This document shows positions 30,393 through 32,000 of a stretch of DNA of 32,000 bases, in pieces (the stretch's first letter is position 1; the number at the start of each line of letters is the position of its first letter). The position numbers were made by a program, and so were the translations under genes. The stretch spans positions 3,060,001 to 3,092,000 of the forward strand of contig NC_017448.1 in NCBI RefSeq assembly GCF_000146505.1. The letters run 5' to 3'. The notes beneath the pieces were generated by a model. The model worked only from the letters and a program-made list of their open reading frames with translations. It did no database searches and had not been told where the DNA came from. The DNA comes from Fibrobacter succinogenes subsp. succinogenes S85 (lineage in GTDB: Bacteria; Fibrobacterota; Fibrobacteria; Fibrobacterales; Fibrobacteraceae).

Positions 30393-32000
30393 ATGACTCT
30401 TATGATTCTCAAGATGATCGGTTGCCTTGCTCTCCTCATGTTTGGCATGAAGACGATGAGTGAAGGCTTGCAAAAGCTTACTGGTGGACATCTCCGTACT
30501 GTTCTTGGAACTATGACCAAGCATAGGCTTGGTGGACTTCTTACGGGTACTGCCGTTACTGCTGCTGTGCAGTCTTCGACTGCGACTACCGTCATGACTG
30601 TTAGTTTTGTGAACGCTGGCTTGCTTACTCTTAGGCAGGCCATTCCTGTTATTATGGGCGCAAATATCGGTACGACGGCAACGGCTTGGCTCATGTCAAT
30701 CTTCGGATTCCAGTTCAACATGAGTAGCGTGGTGTGGCCGTTCTTTGCGCTTGGCATTGTGCTTACCTACGTCCGTAAGAATAGCGTCAAGAGCTTTGGC
30801 GAATTTGTGTTCGGATTCTCGTTTATGTTCCTCGGGCTCACGACGCTCCGTGAAAACGCGGTGGCGATGGACCTTTCGCATAACCAGACGATTATTGATT
30901 TCTTTGCCTCGACGGGCGGCTACGGCATCTGGAGCACGCTTTTGTTCTTGCTCTTGGGCGGTATCCTTACGATGTGCGTGCAGTCTTCGGCGGCCATCAT
31001 GGCGATTACGCTTATCCTCTGCTCTAGTGGCGTGCTCCCGATTTACCAGGGCATTGCGCTTGTGATGGGCGAAAACATCGGTACGACGGTGACCTCGAAC
31101 CTGGCGGCGTTATCGGCAAGTACGCAGGCTAGGCGCGCGGCTTTGGCGCACATGCTCTTCAACGTGTTCGGTGTGGTGTGGGTGCTGATTTTGTTCCACC
31201 CGTTTGTGAACATGGTTTGCCATTTTGTTGGCTTTGACCCTAATTTTGTGCCGCAAACTCAAGAAGAAATCGCCCATGCAAGTGTGCGTGTGACGTATGC
31301 ACTTTCTGGATTCCACACGGCATTTAACCTGTGCAATGTGCTCTTGTTGATTTGGTTCATTAAGCCGATGGAAAATCTCATTTGCAAGATCATCAAGGAA
31401 AAGGACGACGGCGAAGATTTCCGTATCAAGTTTATCAGCGGTGGCCTCATGAGTACGGCAGAACTTTCGCTCTTTGAAGCCCGCAAGGAAATTAACGTTT
31501 TTGCAGAACGCACTCTCAAGATGTTCCGCTTCTTGCCGGACCTCCTCAAGATGAAAAATGAAGAGGACTTTGTAAAGCTGTTCGCCCGCATCGAAAAGTA
31601 CGAAGGTATCAGCGACAGATTTGAAATTGAAATTGGTGAATACTTGAACAAGGTCAGCGGCGGTCGCTTGAGTATCGAAAGTAAGACGATGTTGCAGTGC
31701 ATGCAGAAGGAAATTTCTGAAATCGAAAGTATCGGCGATGCTTGCTACAACATGGCTCGCGCCATCAACCGCAAGTTCCATCTTGAGGAAGATTTTACCG
31801 AGGAACAGTACAGCCGCATAGAAAACATGATGAAACTTTGCGACCAGGCGCTAGTGCAGATGGTGGATGTTATCGAGGACAAGCCGCATACGAAGGCTTC
31901 GAATACGATGACGCTTGAATTTGAAATCAACGATTACCGCAAGATGCTCAAGGACTTGAATATCGAAGATATCAATGCGCAGCGCTACAGCTACCAGATA
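30393..32000 (+). CDS. Na/Pi cotransporter family protein with a PhoU-like C-terminal helical domain (5' complete, runs off the window end)
   Basis: This ORF is not in the supplied track because it has no stop within the window. I translated it by hand: 536 codons from ATG 30393 to nt 32000 with no in-frame stop, and TGA at 30387-30389 immediately upstream. Duplicated Na_Pi_cotrans signatures are present: TAAVQSSTATTVM...IMGANIGTT and CVQSSAAIMAITL...VMGENIGTT. The C-terminal helical region (ELSLFEARKEINVFAERTLKMF...ISEIESIGDACYNMARAI) is PhoU-like. Confidence 0.88.
   Translation, partial: MTLMILKMIGCLALLMFGMKTMSEGLQKLTGGHLRTVLGTMTKHRLGGLLTGTAVTAAVQSSTATTVMTVSFVNAGLLTLRQAIPVIMGANIGTTATAWLMSIFGFQFNMSSVVWPFFALGIVLTYVRKNSVKSFGEFVFGFSFMFLGLTTLRENAVAMDLSHNQTIIDFFASTGGYGIWSTLLFLLLGGILTMCVQSSAAIMAITLILCSSGVLPIYQGIALVMGENIGTTVTSNLAALSASTQARRAALAHMLFNVFGVVWVLILFHPFVNMVCHFVGFDPNFVPQTQEEIAHASVRVTYALSGFHTAFNLCNVLLLIWFIKPMENLICKIIKEKDDGEDFRIKFISGGLMSTAELSLFEARKEINVFAERTLKMFRFLPDLLKMKNEEDFVKLFARIEKYEGISDRFEIEIGEYLNKVSGGRLSIESKTMLQCMQKEISEIESIGDACYNMARAINRKFHLEEDFTEEQYSRIENMMKLCDQALVQMVDVIEDKPHTKASNTMTLEFEINDYRKMLKDLNIEDINAQRYSYQI

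Noticed and set aside
30299-30757. 152-aa minus-strand ORF (and 30696..30881, 31110..31781, 31259..31702, 31745..31930 on the minus strand; 30745..31065 on the plus strand in another frame)
   Set aside because: These lie antisense to, or out of frame with, the plus-strand Na/Pi cotransporter ORF, which has strong family motifs. They are shadow ORFs.

Overview
This is a chromosomal, mostly housekeeping window. By gene content it looks Fibrobacter-like: a TIGR02147/DUF4423 paralog, a giant GLUG-repeat protein with a T9SS-like tail, and mid-GC codon bias that leaves full-length antisense shadow ORFs. This attribution is from memory, not a search.

Gene order:
- 3' end of an exported protein (+)
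- paaK plus an ACT-domain gene (-)
- bamA-skp (+)
- a small 2x[4Fe-4S] ferredoxin translationally coupled to a geranylgeranyl-reductase-family flavoprotein (-)
- a TIGR02147-type HTH gene coupled to a CarbopepD_reg/LamG-like lipoprotein gene (-)
- a 14.2-kb, tightly coupled complex I operon nuoB-nuoN (+)
- a 1.4-kb AT-rich two-gene insert (TM2-like membrane protein, zinc-ribbon membrane protein)
- ispF
- a 1231-aa GLUG-repeat surface protein
- a Na/Pi-cotransporter/PhoU-like gene that runs off the 3' edge and is absent from the supplied ORF track

No rRNA, tRNA, CRISPR array or recognisable transposase/integrase was found.

Points worth a second look:
- The nuo operon has no nuoA and its nuoL is split at a GTGA overlap. 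NuoB, E, H, M and N carry lineage-specific additions, including an Fn3-like tail on NuoE.
- A conserved ~30-nt GC hairpin family (4 copies, with compensatory stem changes) sits just after stop codons.
- Three heptanucleotide arrays phased on CTA sit in promoter regions.
- The ferredoxin+GGR pair resembles the archaeal arrangement.
- The AT-rich insert lies upstream of ispF.

All homology statements come from motif recognition by eye, not database searches.
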